The notes under the pieces: generated by a model | What the model was told of the DNA's origin: nothing | Database searches by the model: none | The model's input: the letters and a program-made list of their open reading frames with translations, nothing else | Assembly: GCA_027078545.1 (NCBI GenBank) | Contig: JALWXN010000004.1 | Coordinates: 736,001 to 800,000 of the forward strand | Reading direction: 5' to 3' | Source: Nitrososphaeria archaeon | Lineage (GTDB): Archaea > Thermoproteota > Nitrososphaeria > Geothermarchaeales > JDFR-13 | Length of the DNA stretch: 64,000 nt | Made by a program: the position numbers and the translations under genes | Shown: piece by piece, positions 38,426 to 47,721 of the stretch | How positions within the stretch are numbered: the stretch's first letter is position 1 | Layout of the letters: every line of letters starts with the position of its first letter

Positions 38426-40483
38426 ATGAAACAACAATTCCTAACACTGATCCTAGTGGCCCTATTACTAGTCCCAGTCATCACCATCACGCCTGGAAAC
38501 CCGGTCCCGGTCAGTGCACAGCAGGACGCAGTCCCCGGTGCAGAGGTATCCATAAGGGCTGGGAATCCTGACTCTAGCTACGAGATGTCGATGTATACAG
38601 ATGAGACTGGATCCATATCAGTGGATATCGCCCCTATTGATAACCACTTTATAAGGGTAGATGCTAGGGGCTATATGCCAGTTACACAGATGGTTGCTCC
38701 CAATGGGACTCAGCCTATAAACCTCGCTATACAGCTGAACCCACTACCAATGGTGGAGGGATATGTCAGAACCCCTGACGGCCGCCCAGTATCCGGCGCG
38801 CTCATCCGGTCATCTGTAGATAGCGTTCTCACGGATGAGAGAGGGTATTATGCCCTATATGTACTCCCCAATGAGACCAGCCTAGCCGTAACCACACCTC
38901 TGGCCAATACCCTCCCACTAGCGGTTGCAATAATAATGAACCAGTTCCAGTATAGAGACGTCGAGAGGGTATGGGCATTCAACCTGAACGCTCATAATGA
39001 TAACGTGGTATCCAGGATTGTGAATATCAATGTCAATGGGCCTGTGACCAATGTCGACATAACCCTCGACTGGAGCGCAAGGATAACGGGTACAGTCACA
39101 TTCCAGAATGGGACGCCCGTTGTGGGAGCTGGGGTATCGGCATTCCCAGACGATGTTAGCAACCTATTGATGATTCCACTCGGCTCAACAGATGAGAACG
39201 GTAGGTATGTACTCGATAATGACGTTACAAACGGTAGGTTCAACCTAAGTGTGACCATCCCTACGCATAATGGGAGTGGATCACTACACTTCTCCAATAT
39301 CGGGACGATATACATCAATACCAGCAACCCACTCAACGACACCTTCAACCTAGATATCACATTGCCAGAGGTGGTTAGGATAACAGGTAGGGTCTTATCA
39401 TCCAACGGTAGGCCCTTCGAGAACTTCATGGTAATGTTTATAAGGAATAATTATGACCCACCCTTCTGGACCGCCATAGACTATACTGACTCTGATGGCA
39501 ACTTCGAGCTGCTGGTCCCCAAGGGGGCTGATGGAAACATCGTAGTGGCTGCAGGTACATTAGTCACAGCCTATGTCACCAGTATACCGGTAACAGCTAA
39601 CGCCAATATGGATCTAGGCACGATAAACACCAATGTCGGCCTCTACTACGTCAGTGGTATCGTATCGCCATACGACCCTAATGACCCGATGTTCCGTGGT
39701 ATGAACGTAGTAGTGGAGACCGTGGTATCACTAGGCTTCTTCCAGACAACATATAAAATGGTGGCCACCATAGAGGAGGACGGAAGCTTCACCGGCTACG
39801 TATTAACCGGCCTTACAGGGCCTGGTGACCAGCAGCTCCAGGTAAGCCATAGGATCAGGCTAGAGGGCGGCTACCTAGCCGGCGATGGGATGAGGATTCC
39901 TCCCCAGGATCTAGGCACAGTTAATAGTGACACCTCAGGGGTTAACATCAATGTCCCACTGCCGCCCGAGAGGGCTAGGCTGACAGTAACTGTGACCAAG
40001 AGTGGGGATGCACAGAGAGCCGGTAGCCAGGTCTTCGTCTTTAGGACGGTCGTCAATGGTGAGGAGTTCTTTGTAACTATAAGAAAGGCTGCCGGCGAGT
40101 ATCCACTACCAGGTATAGGTATGGTCCTGGCCAAGAGGACCAACACTGGTATGCTCAACCTCTTCATGGAGCCAGTCGCTGGTAGCATGACCCTAAACAT
40201 AACTATTCCTAAGAGGCTTCTAGCACCGCCATTCGCAGTCAGCACTATAGACCCCAATACAGGTACTCTCGAGCCTACACAGTTCTCTACACAGGATCTC
40301 GGTGACTCGGTATCGATAATGGTGACGGTCTCAGGTACTGTTATGCTACAGATCGAGAGCCCCAACGTAATACCTGACCTCCCGGCACCGATACTGCTAG
40401 TGGCTTTGGTGGCTGGGGCAGTAGTGGCTACTAGGGTCGTGAGGAATAGGCTGGCCCTAAGGTCTCTCAGCGGGAGGCCCTAG
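38426..40483 (+). CDS. Cell-surface protein with carboxypeptidase-regulatory-like repeats and PEF-CTERM-like signal
   Basis: Signal peptide from ATG 38426; repeated 'G.V...G.P..GA...TD..G.Y' units; many sequons; C-terminal VIPDLP + TM + basic tail. Confidence 0.8.
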   Translation: MKQQFLTLILVALLLVPVITITPGNPVPVSAQQDAVPGAEVSIRAGNPDSSYEMSMYTDETGSISVDIAPIDNHFIRVDARGYMPVTQMVAPNGTQPINLAIQLNPLPMVEGYVRTPDGRPVSGALIRSSVDSVLTDERGYYALYVLPNETSLAVTTPLANTLPLAVAIIMNQFQYRDVERVWAFNLNAHNDNVVSRIVNINVNGPVTNVDITLDWSARITGTVTFQNGTPVVGAGVSAFPDDVSNLLMIPLGSTDENGRYVLDNDVTNGRFNLSVTIPTHNGSGSLHFSNIGTIYINTSNPLNDTFNLDITLPEVVRITGRVLSSNGRPFENFMVMFIRNNYDPPFWTAIDYTDSDGNFELLVPKGADGNIVVAAGTLVTAYVTSIPVTANANMDLGTINTNVGLYYVSGIVSPYDPNDPMFRGMNVVVETVVSLGFFQTTYKMVATIEEDGSFTGYVLTGLTGPGDQQLQVSHRIRLEGGYLAGDGMRIPPQDLGTVNSDTSGVNINVPLPPERARLTVTVTKSGDAQRAGSQVFVFRTVVNGEEFFVTIRKAAGEYPLPGIGMVLAKRTNTGMLNLFMEPVAGSMTLNITIPKRLLAPPFAVSTIDPNTGTLEPTQFSTQDLGDSVSIMVTVSGTVMLQIESPNVIPDLPAPILLVALVAGAVVATRVVRNRLALRSLSGRP

Positions 40484-40517
40484 GGTCGGCACCCCCTATT
40501 TTTTAGACATTGTTAGT

Positions 40518-41597
40518 CTACAATATGGCCTTACCAGTCGCCTTGTCAAATATATGTATCCTCCGGAGGTCGAAGTCGAAGGGTATCTCACGCCCCTCGG
40601 ATATCCTGCTCCTCGATGATGTCAATGCCCTTATGTTGAGGCCGTCGACGTCTAGGTGGACGATCTTCTCCCGGCCCATAGGCTCCACGATGACTACCCT
40701 GCCTGTGTACGACCCCTTACCCAGCCTTATATGCTCAGGCCTCACACCTATGACGACGCTGGACATGTCTAGGTGGCTGGGTATAGCCTCGGCATAGCCA
40801 TCCCTAAGCCCGATCTTAAGTGGGCCGGCGTCTATCAATACCGTGCCATCCACCCTCTTGAGGTAGCCCTCGATCAGGTTTATCGGGATGTTTCCTATGA
40901 AGCCCGCCACGAATAGGTTTGCAGGCCTGTTGTAGAGATCCTCGGGCGGAGCATACTGCTGTAGACGCCCCTCGTTAAGCACGGCTATCCTATCAGCCAT
41001 CGTCATGGCCTCGAGCTGGTCATGAGTCACGTAGATAGTCGTTATTCCAAGCTCCCTCTGAATCCTCTTGATCTCAGCCCTCATCATCACCCTGAGCTTT
41101 GCGTCTAGGTTGGAGAGCGGCTCATCCATCAGGAAGACGTCCGGCTGCTTCACGATCGCCCTCGCTAGGGCGACCCTCTGCTGCTGGCCACCGCTGAGCT
41201 GGCTGGGCTTCCTGTCTAGGAGCTTGTCTATCCCAAGTATCTTGGCGACCTCTTTAACCCTTCTCTCAATCTCCTGTCTAGGCACCTTCTTCAGCTTTAG
41301 TGGGAAGGCTATATTGTCGAATACCTTCATATGTGGGTAGAGGGCGTAGCTCTGGAAGACCATCCCGATATTCCTATCCTTGGGTGGTACGTCGTTCATC
41401 ACCCTGTCGTCGAAGTAGATGTATCCCGATGTGGGCTTGTATATCCCGGCTATCATCAATAGCGTGGTGGTCTTCCCACATCCACTAGGCCCTAGGAGGG
41501 CCACGAACTCCCCATCCCTAATATCTAGGTTTAGATTATCAACTGCAACAACATCGCCGAATCTTTTATTTAGGTTCTCCAGCCTAATCCTAACCAT
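40518..41597 (-). CDS. Sugar ABC transporter ATPase (MalK/UgpC-type)
   Basis: GPSGCGKTT, VFQSYALYPHM, LSGGQQQRVALAR, DEPLSNLDAKLR, YVTHDQ, C-terminal TOBE domain. Confidence 0.93.
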   Translation of the reverse strand: MVRIRLENLNKRFGDVVAVDNLNLDIRDGEFVALLGPSGCGKTTTLLMIAGIYKPTSGYIYFDDRVMNDVPPKDRNIGMVFQSYALYPHMKVFDNIAFPLKLKKVPRQEIERRVKEVAKILGIDKLLDRKPSQLSGGQQQRVALARAIVKQPDVFLMDEPLSNLDAKLRVMMRAEIKRIQRELGITTIYVTHDQLEAMTMADRIAVLNEGRLQQYAPPEDLYNRPANLFVAGFIGNIPINLIEGYLKRVDGTVLIDAGPLKIGLRDGYAEAIPSHLDMSSVVIGVRPEHIRLGKGSYTGRVVIVEPMGREKIVHLDVDGLNIRALTSSRSRISEGREIPFDFDLRRIHIFDKATGKAIL

Positions 41598-41661
41598 TAT
41601 TGGACACCCCCCCTAGAAGGTGGATATGGGAAACATGGGGAACGGGGCTTATAGGGGGTCT

Positions 41662-41688
41662 ATTCAAAACCCCCTCTAATGACAAATA
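41662..41688 (-). repeat. Copy of recombinase-associated dyad motif
   Basis: Reverse complement TATTTGTCATTAGAGGGGGTTTTGAAT resembles 62151-62174 and 51596-51621. Confidence 0.6.
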
Positions 41689-41950
41689 ACTACTACTTAC
41701 ATTCTACGAGGAGACCTATAAATCCATCCCCTGATCAGAGTGGGAGGTACGGCTATCTATCCACCCATAACTATCTCCTCCTCTATGTCCTAACCTGTTA
41801 TGTCATGGGCATGGCCAATGCCGTGGATGGGTTATATGTTGCATATACATCTGTGTAGCCCCATCCTCAAAGGGTTATGGAGATACATATTGACCTATAC
41901 ATCGTGACTTGTGTATATACAGATTATACTATACCCGGGGGTGGTGAGAA

Positions 41951-42424
41951 ATGGCGGCACCACCCGGACTAGCATCTGACCTACACGTCTTCTTCGCTCT
42001 CATGGGTATGCTAGCCTCCTCCGCGGGGCTAGGCGTGTTGTTGGCTGGCTCTGATACGAGATGGGTTAGGAGGTTCGCCTTATTGGCTACACTCTTCATA
42101 TGGCTCTCCTGGATATCCTCCGCACCCGTATACATGTACGAATATGGTGTGGATAAGGCTGTAATCAAGTCTTATGAGGAGCTTAGGGCTGCCCACTCAA
42201 TAGGTATGGAGACGAAGGAGCATATCTTCTACACCGGGCTGATGCTCTCCACAGCCCTAGGCCTGATCGCATATGTCCTCGACCCCCTGGACCCCTTCTC
42301 CCGTAGGCTCTACCTAGCCATCTTCATCATAATTATCGTTGGCGGGATACTCCTAGACGCGCTGGGCGCCTGGATAGGGATCTCAGCCAAGCTCGGCTGG
42401 TACTACGGGGGTGGTGGGGGATGA
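41951..42424 (+). CDS. Hypothetical 4-TM membrane protein (H..G / H...METKEH motifs)
   Basis: Hydrophobic helices with conserved-looking His residues. Confidence 0.75.
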   Translation: MAAPPGLASDLHVFFALMGMLASSAGLGVLLAGSDTRWVRRFALLATLFIWLSWISSAPVYMYEYGVDKAVIKSYEELRAAHSIGMETKEHIFYTGLMLSTALGLIAYVLDPLDPFSRRLYLAIFIIIIVGGILLDALGAWIGISAKLGWYYGGGGG

Positions 42425-42738
42425 GGGAGAAGGTTGTATATGGAGCCGGCCTAGGATTCTTCGTCAGTAGTATGGTGAACGCCCTGCTTGTCATAGCCAA
42501 GGAGTATGACGAGGGGTTTAAGGAGTGGCTCAAGACAGTCTTTACCCACCACTGGCTTGGACATGGGATACTGGTGATACTCACATTCATAGTCTTCTAC
42601 CTACTAGGCTATGCAGCCTATCGAGGCGGCTTGGGAGTGGCTGTTGGTAGGACCTATGTATATGTGATCCTAGGATCTATACTCAGCCTAGTAATTATCT
42701 GGGGCTTCTACATCCTCCACTTCCTAGGGGTGGCCTAG
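42421..42738 (+). CDS. Hypothetical 3-TM membrane protein (HHWLGH motif)
   Basis: ATGA overlap with the upstream gene; THHWLGHG. Confidence 0.75.
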   Translation: MREKVVYGAGLGFFVSSMVNALLVIAKEYDEGFKEWLKTVFTHHWLGHGILVILTFIVFYLLGYAAYRGGLGVAVGRTYVYVILGSILSLVIIWGFYILHFLGVA

Positions 42739-42785
42739 CCACCCAACCCCTCTCCCTTTTTATAGGCTTTTGGATAGGCCCCGTG

Positions 42786-43169
42786 CTAGAGAGTCACTGT
42801 ATAGACCTTCTTTATCCCCCTAAGGCTCCTCAGCCTCCTAACCAGGCTCCTCCACTCCTCTCCATCATCCCTCGTTATGGCGACGGTTATACAGTACGAC
42901 CCGTCTAGGAGCTGGTGGTAGAGTCCCTTTAGATCCTCGCTGTAGCCGTGTAGGAGGGTCACTATATTCCTATCGACATACATCGTCTCCCCATGGTCGC
43001 TCAGCACTGCTATGAATCGATAGCTCCCATTGCTATCCCCCTCGTCCTCTAGGAGCTTCTCCACCGCATGTCTGATCAGGTCCGACCTACTGCTGAAGCC
43101 ACCCTTATGTACAGCCTCGTCCAGCCTCTTCAGTAGCCTATCTGGTATGGAGACTGATATTACCGCCAT
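42786..43169 (-). CDS. NikR-like ribbon-helix-helix metalloregulator
   Basis: VISVSIPDRLLKRLD...SRSDLIRHA RHH domain plus ACT-like C-domain with H..H...C. Confidence 0.8.
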   Translation of the reverse strand: MAVISVSIPDRLLKRLDEAVHKGGFSSRSDLIRHAVEKLLEDEGDSNGSYRFIAVLSDHGETMYVDRNIVTLLHGYSEDLKGLYHQLLDGSYCITVAITRDDGEEWRSLVRRLRSLRGIKKVYTVTL

Positions 43170-43181
43170 ATTATCAACCCA

Positions 43182-43277
43182 TTATTAATAGTTTGTAGAA
43201 GGGTTTTTAATAAACAAACCCCTAAAAAGGCCGGATTCTTATTAATGCTTAAATAGTCTAGAGAGTCCTGTTATTAA
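43182..43277. promoter_or_regulatory. Four TTATTAA/TTAATAA boxes between regulator and ATPase
   Basis: TTATTAA at 43182, TTAATAA at 43207, TTATTAA at 43239 and at 43271. Confidence 0.4.
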
Positions 43278-43281
43278 GGAA

Positions 43282-45069
43282 ATGAGTGGAGAAGGTAGGA
43301 TATTCATAATGCTTGGGCTCGCCTCTATAGCTGGTGTTGCCCTATACCTGTTGGGACAGGAGACCCTGGCTCTAGGCCTATACCTACTCGGTATTGGGCT
43401 ATTGACACTGGCTAGTCTGAGGGAGCTCATCCTCGAGCGGCACCTCACGGTCGAGCTGCTAATGGCTATCGTAGGATATATCCTCGTCTTCCATGGTGTC
43501 GTGTTTGAGGGTCTAATCATCTATGTGTTGTACTCGATAGCCGAGACGATGGAGGTACAGGTTAAGAGGCTCGCCCTACGGAAGATCGAGAAGGCTAAGA
43601 AGCTTATACCGCGTAGGGTCAGGGTATACCGCGACGGCGGATATGTAGAGGTGGACGCTTCCGAGGTTGCCCCTGGTGAGAAGATACTTGTGAGGAGGGG
43701 TGAGGTCGTCCCAGTCGATGGAGTCCTCCTGGGCAGGGGTGTCTTCGACACCAGCCTCATCACGGGTGAGTCTGTACCTATAGAATATGACGAGGGTGAG
43801 CAGGTTGAGAGTGGATATATAAACGTGGGTGACCCCGTCGAGGTACGTGCGGTGAAGAGCCCGGCGGAGTCTACTCTCCAGCAGCTTATTCTCAGGGCTA
43901 CCGAGCTGTTGGAGAACAAGGGGCGGGTGCAGAGGCTTATAGAGAGGCTTAGCCCCTACATGATAGTGACGGTTCTAGGGGTATTTGCACTCACATATTT
44001 CTTTGCCCAGGAGAGGGCTGTAGCTGTGCTCCTTGCTGGGTGTCCAAGCGCCCTGATCATAGACTCGGCAGCCACCACATCATATACAGTCTCCCTACTA
44101 GCCGGGCGTGGAGTAGTCGTCAGGGGAGGGGCAGCCCTCGAGTCGGGCTCCAAGGTGGGGAGGATAATCATCGATAAGACGGGTACACTGACGATGGGAG
44201 TCCCTAGGCCGGTCAGGGTAGTTCCGCCCGACGGGATGGATGTGGAGGAGTTTAAGGCCCATGTATCCGCAGTGGCGACGACCAGTCTACACCCAATATC
44301 CCGGGCAATAGCCACGAGTTGGCACGACTCACTAGTAGCTGAGGAGGCTAGGGAGTATCCTGGGAAGGGTGTCGAAGCCAGGGTGAACGGTAAGAGGGTA
44401 TACCTTGGGAGTAGGGAGTTCATCTCAAACCTAGGGGTGGAGCTCCCCGGTGAGGAGGCCTGTGGAGACGCGGATCTAGTGGTATATGCATATGTAGAGG
44501 GGTATGGGGCCGCCGGAGCAATATGCCTCGAGGAGTCTATAGATGAGGGGGTAGCCAACGCCGTAAGGGAGCTTCGTGGTATGGGTGTTGAGGTGGCTAT
44601 AGCGAGTGGAGATAGGGAGGAGCGTGTTGCCAAGGTTGCTGAGAGGCTGGGTATAGAGGAGTACTATGCCCAGCTGAAGCCCTGGGAGAAGACCGAGCTT
44701 GTGAGGAGGATGAGGAAGGAGTGTGGATGTAAGGTCTCGATGGTGGGCGACGGGGTCAACGACTTAGAGGCATTGGCTGAGAGCGACTTTGGAGTGGCTA
44801 TAGGCAATATAGACGCGGTGTCCAGCGTCTCCGACGCCGTATTGATCCATGGCTTCAAGGACCTTCCAAGCCTGCTGAAGAGGGCGAGGGCATATGTCTC
44901 TGGCCTATATGTCGGGTTCGCCGTGGCTACGGCTGTGAAGATCGTCACCATCGTCTTCGGACTCACAGGGATATTCCCACTATGGCTCGTAGCCCTGATG
45001 GGGGATGATGGCTCCACACTGCTCTCAACACTTGCCTCGGTGTTGACGGTCTATCTCCGTGGGAGATAG
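43282..45069 (+). CDS. Heavy-metal P1B-type ATPase
   Basis: TGES, CPS(AL), DKTGT, SLHP, GDGVND; no N-terminal metal-binding domain. Confidence 0.92.
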   Translation: MSGEGRIFIMLGLASIAGVALYLLGQETLALGLYLLGIGLLTLASLRELILERHLTVELLMAIVGYILVFHGVVFEGLIIYVLYSIAETMEVQVKRLALRKIEKAKKLIPRRVRVYRDGGYVEVDASEVAPGEKILVRRGEVVPVDGVLLGRGVFDTSLITGESVPIEYDEGEQVESGYINVGDPVEVRAVKSPAESTLQQLILRATELLENKGRVQRLIERLSPYMIVTVLGVFALTYFFAQERAVAVLLAGCPSALIIDSAATTSYTVSLLAGRGVVVRGGAALESGSKVGRIIIDKTGTLTMGVPRPVRVVPPDGMDVEEFKAHVSAVATTSLHPISRAIATSWHDSLVAEEAREYPGKGVEARVNGKRVYLGSREFISNLGVELPGEEACGDADLVVYAYVEGYGAAGAICLEESIDEGVANAVRELRGMGVEVAIASGDREERVAKVAERLGIEEYYAQLKPWEKTELVRRMRKECGCKVSMVGDGVNDLEALAESDFGVAIGNIDAVSSVSDAVLIHGFKDLPSLLKRARAYVSGLYVGFAVATAVKIVTIVFGLTGIFPLWLVALMGDDGSTLLSTLASVLTVYLRGR

Positions 45070-45114
45070 CTATAGATCCACGATTTATCAGTATATATCG
45101 ACTATATTATCCAC

Positions 45115-45993
45115 ATGATCCTGTTCGACTGGGGCACATATAACGGGCTCTCGAAGCTCAGGACGGCGGCACTACTCGGGACTAGGCTTACAGAGATACC
45201 CCCTAGGGACTTCAGCAGGAAAGCCATAGACAAGTCCTACTTCGAGAGGTATAGGGAGGCGGCCGAGGGGGTCTTCACAACCATAACGGCCCACGCACCA
45301 TACTACAACGTCGTCTCCCGAGACCCAGGAGTTATGAAGAGGAGCCAGGAGGCCCTCCTAAAGGCGGCCGAGATGGCCGTCGTGGCTGGCGCCGAGATCT
45401 ACAACCTACACCTCGGGTGGCGGGCCGGTAGGGAGGAGGACGACCTGAAGAGCGTCATAGACTTCGTCAACCAGGTCCTGGAGATCAATAATGACCTCGT
45501 AGTGAGTATAGAGGTTCCATACACCCCATCGATGCTAGGTACATGGGAGGAGATAGAGATGATTAGGAGGGCTACGGATAGGGAGCGTGTAATAGCCAGT
45601 CTACAGCTAGAGAATGTATGGATGCTGGAGAAGGGTGTCTATAGCAGCGGACTCTTCGAGGCTATGGATAGGGAGACGGACAAGGCCTTCTGGATGGGGA
45701 TATTTGAGAGGCTTACTGGCCTGACCCCCCACTACCTATCCCTACGCTTCAGCCAGATAATAGGCTTCGCAGTTGGGAGCAAGATCCTGAAGAAGCGTGT
45801 ACCACTTGGTAGGGGATACCCGTCACTCGAGCCGTTGGCCGAGGCCCTTGCAGAGTATATGGTGCGTAGGATGAGGAGTGGGGAGGAGCCTCTTAGGATG
45901 CATATAATCTACACGGGCCCCACTGAGACCAAGTATGCCGACACATTGAGGCTATACTCAGAGATCATGTCACGGGCAGTGGCACATCTATGA
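45115..45993 (+). CDS. Endonuclease IV / AP_endonuc_2-like TIM barrel, degenerate metal site
   Basis: TAHAPYYN, NLHLG, SIEV, GTWEE retained; later ligands apparently replaced. Confidence 0.7.
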   Translation: MILFDWGTYNGLSKLRTAALLGTRLTEIPPRDFSRKAIDKSYFERYREAAEGVFTTITAHAPYYNVVSRDPGVMKRSQEALLKAAEMAVVAGAEIYNLHLGWRAGREEDDLKSVIDFVNQVLEINNDLVVSIEVPYTPSMLGTWEEIEMIRRATDRERVIASLQLENVWMLEKGVYSSGLFEAMDRETDKAFWMGIFERLTGLTPHYLSLRFSQIIGFAVGSKILKKRVPLGRGYPSLEPLAEALAEYMVRRMRSGEEPLRMHIIYTGPTETKYADTLRLYSEIMSRAVAHL

Positions 45994-47717
45994 AGAGGAT
46001 TGAGAGGAGGAGGTATCAGGAGGAGGCCTTGGAATGGGCCCTTAGACACGACGGAGCAGTAATATGTATGCCCACCGGGACGGGGAAGACGGTCATAGCC
46101 GGGCTATGGATAAAGAGGATACTCGACAGGGGAGGTAGGAAGGTACTTGTACTAGAGCCTACGAGGATCCTGGTGGAGCAGACGAGCAGGGTCTTCAGGG
46201 ATATGGGTATCCCGGCCAAGCCGCTACACGGTAGCCTAAGCAGGGGGCTGAGGAAGGAGGCTAGGAAGGCTAGGGTGGTTGTAGCCACGCCCGAGATAAT
46301 CGTCTCGGAGGGCCTGGAGGAGGAGCCCGACGCACTAGTCGTCGATGAGTGTCACCACACGACTGGGCAGGACCCATATAGGATAGTGGTGGAGCGCATC
46401 AGGCCCAGGAGGAGGCTCGGCCTCTCGGCATTCATACCCCCTAGTAGGAGGGGCCTGATAGAGAGGAGCATAGGCGTGATACGCTGCTGGAGCTGGGAGG
46501 ATGAGGAGATACGTAGATACATGCCGCCCCTCGTGGCTGAGGTCTACGAGGCCCCACTGAACCAGGAGGAGTCGAGTCTCTACAAGACCCTCGAGAAGAT
46601 GTGGATCATGAGTAGTGGGAGGGAGAGGATGATGCTCGGGAACAGCCTGAGATGGTACGTCAGGGACGGTGCAGAGGCCCTCAGGGAGACCTATAGATCC
46701 TCGAGGAATATCCGGGAGATACTGGAGCCGCTGGGGGAGCAGCTCTTCAGCCCCGGGGTCAGGCCTGCACATAAGCTTGAACACCTGATCCGGGTGCTCT
46801 CTGACCATGAGGGCTTTAATAAGGCATATGTATTCGTGGACCGGGTGGTCATAGCGAGGCTCATCAGGGATAGGCTTGGTAGAGACTCGACTCTACTCAT
46901 CGGTAGGAGGCATGGGAGCATAGCCGCTAGGCTGGAGGAGGTAAGGTCTAGTGAGAAGAGGGTAGTGATATCCACCAGCGTGGGTGAAGAGGGGATCGAC
47001 CTACCTGAGGCGGATCTCCTAGTCGTTTGGAGCCAGGTCGCCAGCCCACTACGATTTATACAGCGTATGGGCCGTCTGCTACGGCCTGGGCAGACAGGTC
47101 AGAAATACCTAGTATTCATAGCTACGCCCGACACCATCGATATGGACAGCCTGGTCGACGGCCTAGCAACGGTGGAGAGGCTGGGCGTAGCCACACCAGT
47201 ATCGAGGGAGGTCCTCGAGGAGCTAATCATGATGAGTAGCCGACGCAGAGTACTGGAGGCCCTTGAGGATAGGCCCATGACCCTTGAGGAGCTGGCAGAA
47301 GCCACCGGTGGCGACACCGCCAGGACTAGGCAGGCCCTTAGGAGCCTATTGGAGGCCGGGATGGCAATCTACATATATACTGATCGGGGCAGGCTATACA
47401 CGGCGAGGCATGGGCTGGAGAGGCTCTACCAGGAGTATCGGGAATATCTGAGCCCTAGCCACGAGCTCGAGGCATATATAAACTATGAGGGTGCGAGCCA
47501 GGGTATAACGGGGAGGTATGACAGGGGGTGGAGCCGTCTACGCAGGGCCCTCCAGAGGCACGGCGTCCTAAGGAATATACATGGATATGTGAAGATTCTT
47601 AGGGGAGGGGTTCTACACCTGGCTAGGTATAGGTATTCATACCCGGTCTCGGAGGCGGAGGTTCTCGACGTGATCATCGACAACATCTACTCCGCGGACA
47701 AGTGGTTCAGGAGGTGA
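45990..47717 (+). CDS. SF2 DExH helicase (Hef/MPH1/FANCM-like) with C-terminal wHTH
   Basis: RRYQ, PTGTGKT, EPTRILVEQ, DECHH, STSVGEEGIDLP, QRMGR; then 'PMTLEELAEATG...ALRSLLEAG'. Confidence 0.85.
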   Translation: MKRIERRRYQEEALEWALRHDGAVICMPTGTGKTVIAGLWIKRILDRGGRKVLVLEPTRILVEQTSRVFRDMGIPAKPLHGSLSRGLRKEARKARVVVATPEIIVSEGLEEEPDALVVDECHHTTGQDPYRIVVERIRPRRRLGLSAFIPPSRRGLIERSIGVIRCWSWEDEEIRRYMPPLVAEVYEAPLNQEESSLYKTLEKMWIMSSGRERMMLGNSLRWYVRDGAEALRETYRSSRNIREILEPLGEQLFSPGVRPAHKLEHLIRVLSDHEGFNKAYVFVDRVVIARLIRDRLGRDSTLLIGRRHGSIAARLEEVRSSEKRVVISTSVGEEGIDLPEADLLVVWSQVASPLRFIQRMGRLLRPGQTGQKYLVFIATPDTIDMDSLVDGLATVERLGVATPVSREVLEELIMMSSRRRVLEALEDRPMTLEELAEATGGDTARTRQALRSLLEAGMAIYIYTDRGRLYTARHGLERLYQEYREYLSPSHELEAYINYEGASQGITGRYDRGWSRLRRALQRHGVLRNIHGYVKILRGGVLHLARYRYSYPVSEAEVLDVIIDNIYSADKWFRR

Positions 47718-47721
47718 TTAG

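Noticed and set aside
45115-47717. Helicase as Cas3 or another Cas protein for the nearby array
   Set aside because: No HD nuclease and no cas neighbours; motifs are Hef/MPH1-type.
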